This document shows, piece by piece, positions 12,484 through 24,860 of a stretch of DNA of 64,000 nucleotides; the stretch's first letter is position 1; each line of letters starts with the position of its first letter. This stretch comes from Tubulanus polymorphus. Its lineage: Eukaryota > Animalia > Nemertea. The notes below the pieces were generated by a model, which was not told the DNA's origin, made no database searches, and was given only the letters and a program-made list of their open reading frames with translations. Position numbers and translations under genes: made by a program. Location: contig NC_134036.1 of assembly GCF_964204645.1 (NCBI RefSeq), positions 9,155,859-9,219,858 on the forward strand, read 5' to 3'.

Positions 12484-15400
12484 TTTTTTCAACTTCATTA
12501 ATGTACATCTCGTGATTTTCGGATCTTAAACAATTCATTTTATGTTTCATTACAATTGAGTTATATAAACACTTTATATAATCTTGAAATTCTATATGTT
12601 TATCAACCACATGTTTTGTTATTCCTTTTAACTTTTTAGCTTCATGATCTTTTGTTCTGTAACTATACATTTTACTTCTTATCCCAACAAATTCAATCAT
12701 TTCATCACCCCCTAATTCATCTTTAAACTTACCAGGAATCGTTTTATTATCATTGCTAAATAGTTCATGATCTTTGGGATAATTGCTAAAATCAAAATGA
12801 TGTTTTAATGTTTTTAAGTCTTTTGTTATGTCATTTGTCTTGATTTTTAGCATGTAACTGTCAGTATTGAAGCAAATTAATGGAAATCCACAGTTAAATG
12901 TGCCATCTTCAGTTGATAAATCATAAACATAATCTGTTGGGTTATATATTTCAAATAAATCTTTAACTTCTTCAGTTAAATCTTTATCTGTGTGGCTTAA
13001 ATTAAAGCAATTTGGTTTAGATTTAATCAATCCAATATTCATATAGAAGCCTAATGAATTACATAATATATTTAACCCTGATGAAGTAACTTTTCCTTTC
13101 TGTGCAAAGGTTATCTTTTTATCCTTTGTAAATTTTTTAGCACCATCTGCTGCGTAGAATCCAATGAAGAACCATTTTCTTAGATTATTTTTTTGCATTT
13201 AATACATAATCTGGAACTATCTTTTCTTTAGTTGAAGTATTACTTTTCACTATTGCATGAATATAGAATTCATCATTATATTTTATAGCAAAATCTTTAG
13301 GATTATTTACAAGTATTCTATAAACTGCTGATGATTTTATAACATCCATGATTTTAAATGTTTTATTTGGATAAACTTCTTCACAATATTTCTTTATTCT
13401 TTCTAATAATATCAAATCTTGATTGCATAAATACCAACAATATTTATTACCACAAACATATTTATACACACCTGCTGAACCATCTCCCATAAAAATCCTT
13501 CGATAAAATATTCTTTTTCTTCTAATGTTTAAGGTTCTATATCATAAATATTATCAATAATTTCGTCGAATGACGTATGATTCATTCTTTGGAAAAATCT
13601 TTTATGTAATAATTCATCTCCAATTTTTATATCAGTTGGTTTTATTTCATTACCATTTCGTTTAATTAAACTATGATCTTCTGTAACATCTACAAACCCT
13701 AATTTAGTTCTAACCTTATAGATTTTGTTATTTGTTTTAGGCCTAATAGTATTCTTTAATTTTTTCCATCCATTTCTTGTCCAAAAATCCATTAAACCAT
13801 TTATTTGTATTAAGTCTTTTTCACCATATGAAATATAACATTCATTTTGTTTTGGAATTATTTCTGAAATTCTTCTTATCAATATTTTATCATTACATTT
13901 TAACAATATTGGGGTGTCAGCTGTTACAGAATCAAAATATAATATTTCAATATGCTTTTCCCCAAAAAGTGGTTGTAAAACATTATAATAAAAATCATAC
14001 ATTAATAATTTTGATACTCTTAAAACAGTTGAACCAATGAATATAGGTTTATTAAATTTCATTGACGTTCTTTTTAATTTAACTGCTAGTAAATAATCTT
14101 CAAATCTTTTATTTCCTAAATGTCTAGGACTTGATTGTAAATGTCTTAATCTTTCAGAATTATTTACTAATTCAATATCATTTCTATTTCTAATATTTTC
14201 ACATGTTTTACCATAAAAACTATTATTCATTAATTTGAAGAAATCTTTTTCAAAATCTGTTTTTGATATTGTTCTCTGTTGAGTATTGAAATCTATATAT
14301 TTTTCTAACCACTTCGATTGATTAAATTCAATATATCTATGTACTTTCTTTAATTTCATTCCTTGTTTTAAATAAAATTTTAACATTCTATAATGAACGA
14401 TATAATTGTATTTATTATTTTGAGTAAGTATTAATTTTTCTGTAAAAACACGATCTTTCGGTTTTATTTTCTTCTGGTATTCACTTAAACGACTATCATC
14501 TACAGTTAAATGTTCTGGGCAATAAGGTAAGTTTCTTGTTTTAAACTTTATAATTTCAGGATATTCTAAATCAACTACAAAGAAATAACCAATTGGTGCT
14601 TCATCTTTTAAACTCATAATTGCGCTTTCCCAATCAGTTTTATCATCATTTTCAACTTCTGTTAATATAAATTTTTTATATGGTTGAGGTTGCATCATTG
14701 CCCAACCATACAAATTATTGGCGTCAATATATAATAATTTATATTCATCATTTGCTTTAAAATACCTCCCATAACACCACTAATTCCACCTCTAATTGAT
14801 TTTTCAAATAATGAAACCATGTCTGGTTCTTTTAATAAATCTAATTCTACATTTATGTATTTTAAACCACATTGCCGGGTTAAACCAGCAATAACAAGGA
14901 TCAACATTAAAATGATTCAAATTAACTTCTCTAAAATTTTTCAAATATGTCAGCCAATATCATAACATCTGATTTTAAATATAAATCAACTAATTCACCA
15001 TGATTTTTCATCTTAAAATGGTTCCAAATATTTAATGTTCTATTAAACACTTCGTCTTTCACATACTCCTCTTTAAATTGATCATAAAATTGATCTTTTA
15101 ATAATTCTGTTACATTAAAATCATTGTGTGTTTTATAAAATGAATAAGGAATTGCACCTTTATATCTCAATAATTTAAAATCTTGTTCATTTGGATAATA
15201 ATATCGAGTTATAACAAAATCGTTATCAACTAAACTTTTTGATGAATTATCTAATGAACTTGCTAGAAATCTATAAGAATCTAAAAATCTAATGCAACCA
15301 AATTGAAATGAAACATAATTTTCAGATGTTTTAGCTAATAGTTTAAAATCATATTTTCTTACATTTACACCATTCATAGCATTATATTCTTCTATTTCTT

Positions 15401-17444
15401 GATTAATTGTACCCAATTTCCTTGATAATTGTTTTATAAATAGATGGGTATCATAGCCTGATAAATTATGAAATAATATTGGTACGAAATTAACTTTCTT
15501 AGCTTGTAAATTACAATCTTCATGAGCAGCTCCACGATATTTTGAATTTAAATGATCATGATCTCTAACTTTTTTATCAAATGAATAAAAACGATTTTCA
15601 CAATAACAACAATGAGTTGCATAATTAAAATCAATTTCATCTTCTTTTGTCATAACTATTCTTTTATTTTTGTTTAATAATTTTGCAAAATCACTTTCTA
15701 ATTCAATCATTTTGTTACAAAAATCATTAACTACATTTTCACCTCTAAAAGAAATATATTGACTTTCATATAATTCAGGATAATTTGATTTTATATAAAT
15801 TCCATAAGCAGCAGCTCTTTGATGAACCTTTTTAATTGTATTTATAATTGGTGGGTCTTGTGTTGTGTCTTCATTTAATTCATTTCCTTTATCCATTGAT
15901 TTTAATAATTTTTTTTTTGTTATATATTTCTTTTCTATCTTGATCAGTTAATTCTTTATTTAACGATTCAAAATCCCCATAAATTACAAATTGAACAGTT
16001 TTTTTTAAATTTATGATTAGTAAATTTCAATTTATAATCTTTTTCTGTTGGCATTATTAATTTACAAAAATCTTTATTATTCTTTATGTTTTAATAATGT
16101 ATTCTCAGTCATGAATTTAGATAAACATTTTCTACATAGATAAATTTTATTATGGTGATCACTTTCTGTTCTAAAGAATAAATCAATTTGTTTTAACCAC
16201 ATATAATGTTCATTTTCATCTTTTTTGTAATATAACAAATCTATAGCATTTTCATCATCATAATATTCTGTTAAATATAAAGCTTCCAATGTATAATCTT
16301 TGATATTTTCACCTTTTGTCTTTGGTAATTGCATTAATTCAAATACATTTATTTTTAAATTATTAACTTTTTCTATTTTAGGAATCATTTTTATAGTTAC
16401 TGGATATTGATCAATTTTATATAATGTTTCATATTTCGGTAATTTGTTATTCTACAAACATTTTCCTGTGTTGGATGTAAGCAACTAATAATTGACCATA
16501 GAAAACATTTATTGTCTTCATTTTGAATATTTATTACTGCTTTTGTTGTAAATGGTAATTTAATATAAGATGATGCTTTAATATCCTTTTCTGTTGTAAA
16601 GTTTGAATCATTTTTAAACATTTTATTACTTTTTGATGTTTTATTTCTTTTTGTATTGTAAACATTTAAATCTAAATATATAATTTCATTCAATGTTAAG
16701 CCAGAACCCTCAAAATATCTTTCTTCAATATGACGTTTAAATTCATTAAATATTTTTTCTAACTTCTCTTTTTTTGTGTTTTTGAAATTATTTCCTGTGT
16801 TTGAAAATTATAATTCATTTTTTCTTCTGACTTTATAAAACTTACTTTCCCAGAGATACTAATTTTTGGATATTCAACATCTGTTATCAAATCTAGTATT
16901 TTTTCTATTATTTCATTAAATGTACTATAATCTTCTATTGTTATACCTTTAAAAAATCTAAATATAATAGCTGCAGGACATTTAACTATGTAATGTTTCT
17001 AAAATTTCAATTGTATCTTTTATTTCTAGTGAATCAATATAATTTCTAACATTTTCCATGTAAGGTTTATTTGAAATGGATTTAGTTTTTGAAGTTGTTT
17101 TTTTTTACTTTTTGAGGTTTATCATCAAAATAATCTTTTCCTAAAACATTATTACTCAAATTTTGATGGTGTTTTTGTGATTCGAGATGTCTATTATAAT
17201 TCCTTTTTACTATAAATTCATTACAAACTTCACATTTTATTTCATCCACATTCATATTTTCTAATCTTTCTTTTCTTTCATTGGAATTTTCTGGAGTTTC
17301 AAAATCTATTACATTTTTTATATGATTTGCAGTTTTTTCGTGTCGTGTTTTATGAGATGTATCGACGTATTTTTGACAATATGTGCAATAATATTGATTT
17401 TTATCAACATTATTATTTTCTGGCTGGTGTTCATTCTCCCCCAT
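12344..17444 (-). pseudogene. polB: Protein-primed family B DNA polymerase (N-terminal zinc fingers, OTU-like, endonuclease VII-like, exonuclease, polymerase) containing an intein; many lesions
   Basis: VINIQNEDNKCFLW, KVRDHDHLNSKYRGAAHEDCNL, FHNLSGYDTH, FLDSYRF, IRGGIS, NNLYGWAM, KLMNNSFYGK, YFD/TDS, PGKFKDE, SKMYS, KGI. Confidence 0.95.
12866..13930 (-). other. LAGLIDADG homing-endonuclease intein inserted at YFD|TDS of pPolB
   Basis: Block A SVTADTPILLK, block B VTEDHSL, LAGLIDADG helices FIEGF(F)MGDGS and FFIGFYAADG, block F DYVYDLSTEDGTF, block G ICFN followed by +1 Thr. Absent from the paralog at 63730/63731. Confidence 0.93.
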
Positions 17445-18458
17445 TTATTAGGAAAAAAATTACTTGTGGTGATGAGTGGTGTGTCGCCCTCTCGCCCTCT
17501 GATCTGAAAGCCTACTTTTCCAATTACTTAGGCATAATCGATGCACGCGCATCACTATGTACTCGTATAGAGTCGATCATAAGTACATCGTTTTTCATTG
17601 GTTTCATAGGATCGGAAATCATTATATTTAATGAGCTGTCACTGATATTAGGTTTTCATATACTATTTTATCATTTTCGCTGATGTACTGCGCGTGTATA
17701 GAACACACACGGCTGTACAGCGAGGAAACTTGAAGCAACCTTGACCCTACTTAGTATGCGAACGCGCACCTGTAGCATATTCAGCCAGCGGAGTCATCGG
17801 CGTTTGTCGATGATTTCCGATTCATATTAAATAAGTTTGTAAGCTATATTTTATTAGTCTTGTGATGAATATTCAATTGTATTTTGCTAATATACGATAT
17901 TTAAACTTTCTTTTCATAAATAAATTGATATTACGGTATTTTATAAAATTAGATTTCGTGCGGAGTCATGTGACCGTACATCATGGCGGATTGTAAACAA
18001 AAAGTGATGACAGCTAGAGAAGATGAATATGTCTTTAAATTACACCCAAAAATGTGTTTTCCTACCAAATAACAATGATCAACTATTAGGATACGACGGT
18101 TACTATTGTTTTAAGATCATCATGCTTTCAAATGGAAGAATGAAACGACAGCTTGTCACCGGAAAGCGATTCAATCCAAATTCAATTAGTTTTATTGAAA
18201 ACTGCCGCTGATCAAATCACGTATAAAGGATAAAGCATGAGTTCACCCACGGTAAGTACTTTATTGCTATATGAATAAACAAAATATGAGGCCAGAATGT
18301 ATGCACCTTCGTTCGATTTGCTGCCGATAGCCTAGGCTACTAGCCTACCTATACATCACGTCCACAAACTCCATTCATTTGTAGTACACGTCTATTCAAA
18401 TGTATAGTTAATTATCCTCTATAAACCGCCATACTTTCTATACTGTCAAAATCCTTAA

Positions 18459-18685
18459 ATGTAGCGGCACACAAGCGTATTTTCGCCCGATCGCGGCGAA
18501 TTTATAAATCGCCCGAAAAATTCGCTCGTGTGGCCACTCACGGCGACGACGATTTCGTCGGCCGACTCGATCGCCCGGCGAATCGCCCGTATCAAACATG
18601 TTTAATATTTTCGGCCGATTATTTACACCGGCGATCGGGTGTATGAATTCGCCGGCGAATTCGCTAGCGCTCGTGTGTCCCTAGC
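18459..18685. mobile_element. GC-rich MITE nested in transposon 1 (possibly Harbinger-like)
   Basis: Imperfect terminal inverted repeats (tagcggcacacaagcg / cgctcgtgtgtccctag), TTAA on both sides, internal tcgcc/ggcga palindromes. Confidence 0.5.
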
Positions 18686-19097
18686 TTAATACTGATGCGG
18701 GCGGGCGGTAGGCCTATCAGAGGCTTGCTGGCTGTAGGCTACATCTCTCTCCCTTGCCCTCCCTATTTTGTTTTATCTCTCGTCATCACTTAAGACCGAA
18801 TCAGGCAGGGCTGTCAATGAGAATCAGTAATTAAGTATGAACTAAAACTGGTTATAAGTTTCAGCTTGTTTTTTCTTTTATTTTTCAGAAATTACATAAA
18901 TTTATGACGTGCAACAGTGATTTACATCATAGAACAAAAACTAATTAGAGAATCTGGAACTGATTGGGAAGCTAGCTTCGAAGGTACAGTTCCTCAAAAT
19001 TTTCGGCATTTTAAGTTTTTAAACATTATAACAAGTATGATGAATAAACTTATATCAATGCATATTCAGCTCATGAAGAAATATTTCTCATTATAGG

Positions 19098-22000
19098 TTA
19101 AACCTGATCACTGACATTGCTACATTTCTGGCAAGTTCGTGTATTACTCGATGGTGACATTTTCTTGAAGAATCCTCCACAGTTACACTTCCGGATTATT
19201 TTGTGTAAGTGCAGTGATTTTGTTGAGTAGAGACCTTGATTCAAAAACATTAATTTTGTGCGGACTACTCTGTTCCGCAAACAGGAATAGATTCTGGCAT
19301 CTTGGTTCATACTCGCATGCTTGCTTTCAAGCCCCTGCTCTCCAAAGAGCCCCAATGACTTCCATGTTTGGATGAATTCAGGCACGTGATAGATCAAAAC
19401 ATGCAATTTGGGAGTTATATTCGCCGTGGGGAAATTTTGAGGAAACCATGTACCAAATTCATGAATACTGTTCACTACATGTTCTATTTCAGGTTCGGAC
19501 AAAAACCGACAAGCTGAATATACTTGATAGATATCTTGAAACTTCTCGAAAAGATCCAAAAATAACTTTCGGTCATTCGGATAATTGTTGAGACAGGATA
19601 ATAGTATTTGTGGATTGTTAATTCCATTTTCCTCATCCTTTTTAAACAACTTGTGTACATGGTTTCCTACAAAGCTATTCGAGTGATATGCCTGTCTGTC
19701 GACTCCTATCTTTTTAAGATTTTCATTTAGATCTTTTTGTATTGGTCCCATCTCTAAGGTTATGTCCTTATATATTTGGTTAAGCTTGGTTCTTCTCGGA
19801 TTTAACAGTACTTTTATTGATGGAATTTCTATATCTTTGATTTTGCTCATGTTTTCTTCTGCTTGTTTCAGGAATTTATCCGGTGTTATTTTTTTGTCCG
19901 CAAGTGGCCGACATTTCAAACAAAGGAAATCGCTATCAGAAATATCAGGATCATATACAGATTGAACACATTGGCTGTGGTATGGTGCTTCGCAGTTCGT
20001 GCAATACAAATATATATGTGGCTGCGGATTCTCAATAGAACGAATTATACAAATCGGCGCCCCACAGTTTAATGGACTAGAGCGTTTTTTCTTTGCATTT
20101 TTCAATAAGTCGACTAGCTCTTGACAAGATTGTAACTTCTGTTTTAGGCTATCCAGTTCATCCTGCAAGCTAGTTACAGATGCTGAAGCTGCTCTCCATG
20201 CTTCCCATTGCTCGGGAAAACGTTCTCCGAGGGAAGATTCATCAAGTTCACAACAACGTTTTTCTAGCATCTCGAAGAACATTAACCCTAAGCCAAGAGA
20301 AACATGGAGACCAGGAGGAACTAGATGGCCTAAATCAGAGGGCTTGAAAAGCATACTACTTTGAATATTTTGTGTCTCCGCACCAATAACCCGTGGTGTA
20401 GCTTCAGCAGTTTGTGCATTCCTTAAATAGGACCCGATTGAACGCGATTGGTACTGCTTGAATGTTGGGGTATGAGGTGTTGCATCTTTTTTGCGCAAAT
20501 CATGGAGTGTTACCTCACACCATAGGCATGGATAAGATGATGCGCTGCCTTGATGGCCCATCATCTGGCAAAGGAAATGAAGGTCCCCCATTAGAAATAG
20601 TCTAACGGTAATTTCTTGATCAAAAACGATGATGGTTTTGACAGTTGAAATTTCACCCTGGAATTTTCCAAAAACCTTATTCAAATTCTCCAAACAGTCA
20701 ACCCCTTCATAAAAACTGATCAAATGCGTTTGATCTGGACTATTCGGGGATGGTCCGTTTATGATGGCTAGTACCATCTTTGTACTACCGCCCCCTTTAT
20801 CCACCCCGATCTTTGCCCATATTTCGTCATGAAATTCTGGGGACCTATTTAACTGATTTTTCATTATCAGTTTTTCTACTGACTTTTGTATTAATAGCTC
20901 TATTGATGTCACAGAAACAAACGCTGACAATTGCTTTTCATGCGTTCTGCTATTAATTTCCAGTTCTATTTCACCAGCTTCAATGAATGTAGAAAACGAC
21001 TCTTGTCTGGCTGCAAGCTCTTGTCTAATATTTCGACTAGACGGAAAAATCTGAATATTGTAATGTTTCAAGATTTTTTTAAGTTCAAGTAACTTATTCA
21101 TCGGTAGTCTCAAATTTAATTTCAATTCTATTACTTGAGTTGGATCTAATTGATTTACAGTTGCGATACCGGCCAACTCCAGAGCCTTTTTGACTAAATC
21201 AGGATACCTTTTCATGAAACAAGATAATGTTACAGCCATATCATTGCCTGACGATGAAATAGAGGATAATTTATCCAAAACAAGTTTCAATTTTCTTGCT
21301 CTCGAGTCAAGAGTTTTCTTTGAGGCTGAACTGGAATTAATTGTTGGATGTTCTAATTTGGTGTAACAACTGCTTTTACTGCGAAAACTAGTAACAAGGG
21401 GAGTAGCTTCAAATGTTTCTAAGTTTGATGAATCTGTGTCAATTTTTAATAAATCTTGTGAATAAATTTGCTCAAGTTTCGCTTTCAAATTTTGAATTTC
21501 TTCATTCTTCTGTCGAATTTGGTCGGATAATTCATCGATTTTCTCTTTCATGGTAATCAAATCAGGATGACAAGAACATTGACAATGAGACTTAACAGGT
21601 GATATTGAACATAAGGAAACCGAATTTAGATCACTACACTGGAGGAGGACATCAATATCAGACAAATCTACACCATCTACACCATCAACAGCAGATATCT
21701 CGAGTGGATTTTCCAGCAAAATATCGTCATTAGTCGAGCTTTCCTCTCTTTCCGTAAATTCACTACTCTGGCTTTCTTCAAATGTTGAATTTGCAACTAT
21801 GTCCCTAGTTTTTGTTCCTAGGGAAATGTTAAGAGGGAAGAATAAATATGATTGTAGAAAATGGGTCCTTTCAAAGACCTTCATTATTTGAATGAAATAT
21901 GTGTTGAATTGAGCAGAATCAGAAATATTTGTCTCATATTTTTTGCAGATGTTAGTAAAAAATAAACCTGTACCGAATAAACCTGTACCACCTTAAACAG

Positions 22001-22466
22001 AGAAACTGAAACTGGCCTCAGGGGTTTAATAGAGAACAACATATTTATCATACCTGCATTATCCTCATACTTATACTTGCATTATCCTCATTGTCGTTAT
22101 CCTTTCATTTAAGTCATTTGATTGACAGTCACTCAATCAGAGTTCGAAATATAAAAAAACTTGTAAACCTCACAATCAACTAACGAATAACCAAAATTTC
22201 TAACATGTGTAATGAATTTTAATTCTTTAATAAAAACATTCCAAAAAATATAGATATAAGACTCACTCCTACGCTTTTTTCTGGAACTTCCGAAGTACTT
22301 CTTTCTCGAATGGGCACCTTGCTTGGTAGTGAGATTTACTGAGCGCTTTTTTGATGCTGTAAAAAGTGAAATATAGTGCATCTTAATGTTTTCATATTGC
22401 CTTAATCTTAATCTCAAGTTTAAAAAATTTGATATATTTACCAGTGGCTTGCTCAGCAGCAGACAT
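19098..22466 (-). CDS. Chapaev/RAG1-like DDE transposase with inserted PHD finger; predicted exons 22466-22442, 22356-22267, 21817-19098 (~944 aa)
   Basis: GVDKGGGSTK, FLMGDL..GHQG..YPCLWC, PPGLHVSLG, RQAYHSNSFVGNH, TPKLHVL.YH..GEQGLESKH; GT-AG introns join in frame. Confidence 0.85.
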
Positions 22467-23599
22467 TCCTAACGGTCAGTACTAATCATGCTAAAAATGA
22501 AAGAATAAATATCTGGTCAAATAAATGTACTTCATTTCACTAAATAAAATTTCTAGGCCTTTTCATCGGGTATTTCTGGGCTTCTTATATATCAAATTTC
22601 TGTAAAAAAATAGGAGAGCACCATTATTCTACTCCAAGAGGAAATACATGGGAGGGGAAATCATTTTAGGGGCCGGAAAGTGGCCGCTCTATAAAATCGG
22701 TCGAATTCTTACGAGGTACAAATTTACGAGCGTCAAAAAATCTCTGAAGCCCTAATTCGTCAATAGGGGTTATTGTATGTCAATTTCTTCATCTTTTTAT
22801 GATCTACCTCGCTAAATCGGAATCCACTATGAAGTATTATGTTTTAATGTTCGCTTTGGCATTAAACTATGAATAGCTTGGCATTTGGAGATGCCTAAAT
22901 TATCAAAAAATTACTTACGATTTCGGAGCAGGTTGTCACGGTTTCTCCACCACGAACTAAAGTCTCAAACAATATACCGCGAGGTACCTCGGGTCTTCAG
23001 GAAGCGATCTATACTGGTTACGAATTAATATATGCCTATCCATTCATGTACTATGTACGCTCAAATACGAATGCCAAAGCCCGGTTTCTTCAGCTTTAAA
23101 GCGTTACCAGCAGGTGCGCGTTAGGTCACGTGCGCGCCTTAGCCTATCAACAAGACTTTCACGCCGAAACGTTTAAAAGGTCAAGTTTCTAACTTCGTAG
23201 AAGAGCTGTAGAGCCGTGCACAACATTCTGACTAGTAACGCACCTGTCTTAGGTCTATGATTGTAAAGCGACGACGGGATCATTTTTTCGAATTGTCGAA
23301 TTGAGCTGTGCGTATTTCTTTGGGCCGAAAGATGCAATTGATCTAGACTGCCGAATAGATATTGTAAACCGCAGTCATTCAGTGTGTATAGCTATCCTGC
23401 ATATTCGCCTCACGTTTCGAGTAAAATTGACCGTAATCTGGTCGTCGATGGCAGTAAATATGATTTTACCCTGAAACACTGTTCTTTCAAATTTAGGTAA
23501 TTTCATTCTGTCAAAATGAGATCCTTGACAGCTACGGACGATAGATCAAAACAATACTAACGCATTTACTTTAATTTTTTCTTTAAATTATCCGAACAA

Positions 23600-24860
23600 T
23601 TGATCCACAGCTAGATTTTCGTAGTATTTGAAAATGTTTCGTAGTATTTAGAAATGTTCTTAATGTTGTTTCCGTATGCGTGGGGATTACGTTAAAGCCG
23701 TCAGACAAGAACGTATTAGTAGTAAGAATTACGAAAGTTCTTGTTTGATGCTTTCATCTACCAACGCAAACCATAAATCAGTCTATAAACAACAATTCTT
23801 TCTCGGTTCTTCTGCTGTGAGATCTGGCAAACATTCAGAAAATCTTTATATAAAACTTTTAAATAGTTGGAACCATATTTGGTTGGGTCGGAACAATGGA
23901 GTGTATTTATAATGAGGCTCGTGAAGGGATCACGCTGATACTTGAAGATATTCCCGGCTACTTTCCGTAAAAGGAAAAACCGGAAGTTTAGGAAGATGTA
24001 GTTGTTTTGCTTATCCTGTATTAAAATAGAATTAGTTAAATTGTAGATAAAATAATTAGTATAAGTATTTCAAATAATTTAAGAATTGATAATATATCAC
24101 AATGTATTCTGAATCGTAGTTAATTATAATAAATAAAAAAAGAAACTATGAATTTGTACTGTAATTAGAAAAGAAAACAAAGTTTTGAAAAGATATTTAA
24201 TTTGAGTAATCTAGATGTTGTTTAAGAACAAATTGTTAATAATCGCTAATGTTTTAGAAAAATTAATTTGTGTTAAATGTTAAAACTAGCTGTCTGAAGT
24301 TTCTGTTGTCTGTATGCACTCGTTGGTAATTCACAGACAATAGCTGCTCTCTCAACAACGACTAGCAAGGAGCGAGTAAATCACGCGTCATGACAGGAGG
24401 GTTGGAAGAAAAAGTTTATATCAGCAAATCAGTTTCTAAAAAACCTTTAGATCAGCAAATCAGTAGGGCTAAATTTTCCGTAACTAAAAACGGTCATGAC
24501 AGTTGGGTAGCTGCTCCTTGCTAAAAAGCGGAAGACCCTGCGTGGGAGAATCGGAATTCTGAAAATGCCGGTTCTTTCTACAAAAGGGGGCCGCTATCGA
24601 GAGAGGAGAGAATCTGTACCTTAGTAAGACGAGTGTCGACAGCAGGACAGGAGAAGCTTCGGAACAATAGGGATTCATATACAATAGGGATTAGGAAAAT
24701 CATTCTTTGTTCAAGGTAAATAAAATATATTATCTTCAATATTATCATCCGGTATTTCAATTTATTCATTCGGATTTGTGCACGGACACGTTCTCTCGCC
24801 AGGGCCTTACTCAAGTATTTTATAGATAACGATTAAAGAGAGGATTGTGACCGGTGTATC
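23600..24860 (+). repeat. Dispersed ~1.26 kb repeat, near-identical to 55334-56800
   Basis: Shared from ttgatccacagctagattttc to ggattgtgaccggtgtatca. Confidence 0.92.

Larger units (their letters stand above)
4277..17480 (-). mobile_element. Endogenous Polinton/Maverick (adintovirus-like) virus, copy A; truncated on the left inside the integrase
   Basis: Very AT-rich, intronless, densely packed cluster of pPolB, integrase, capsid-like and small membrane ORFs, with a shared upstream motif before most ATGs. No TIR/TSD identified. Confidence 0.9.
17708..23218 (-). mobile_element. Chapaev-type (CMC; RAG1/Transib-related) DNA transposon 1, apparently complete
   Basis: TIR CACGGCT(G/C)TACAGC at both ends; 4-bp TSD CACA (17704-17707, 23219-23222); encloses an uninterrupted transposase ORF. 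Confidence 0.88.

Noticed and set aside
12866-13930. Hedgehog-type Hint domain or spliceosomal intron as explanation of the PolB insertion
   Set aside because: It has LAGLIDADG motifs, a terminal Asn and +1 Thr, sits at a catalytic motif, and has no GT-AG ends.
4277-17480. Bacterial or phage contamination suggested by the dense intronless genes and the intein
   Set aside because: Integrase, pPolB and capsid are Polinton-type, the genes show neutral decay, and flanks are animal TEs and a spliced gene; read-level confirmation is still advisable.
19098-21884. Calling the transposases RAG1/ProtoRAG or Transib
   Set aside because: The 4-bp TSDs and DKGG/RQAYH motifs fit Chapaev; Transib and ProtoRAG make 5-bp TSDs; no kelch RAG2-like gene is seen.
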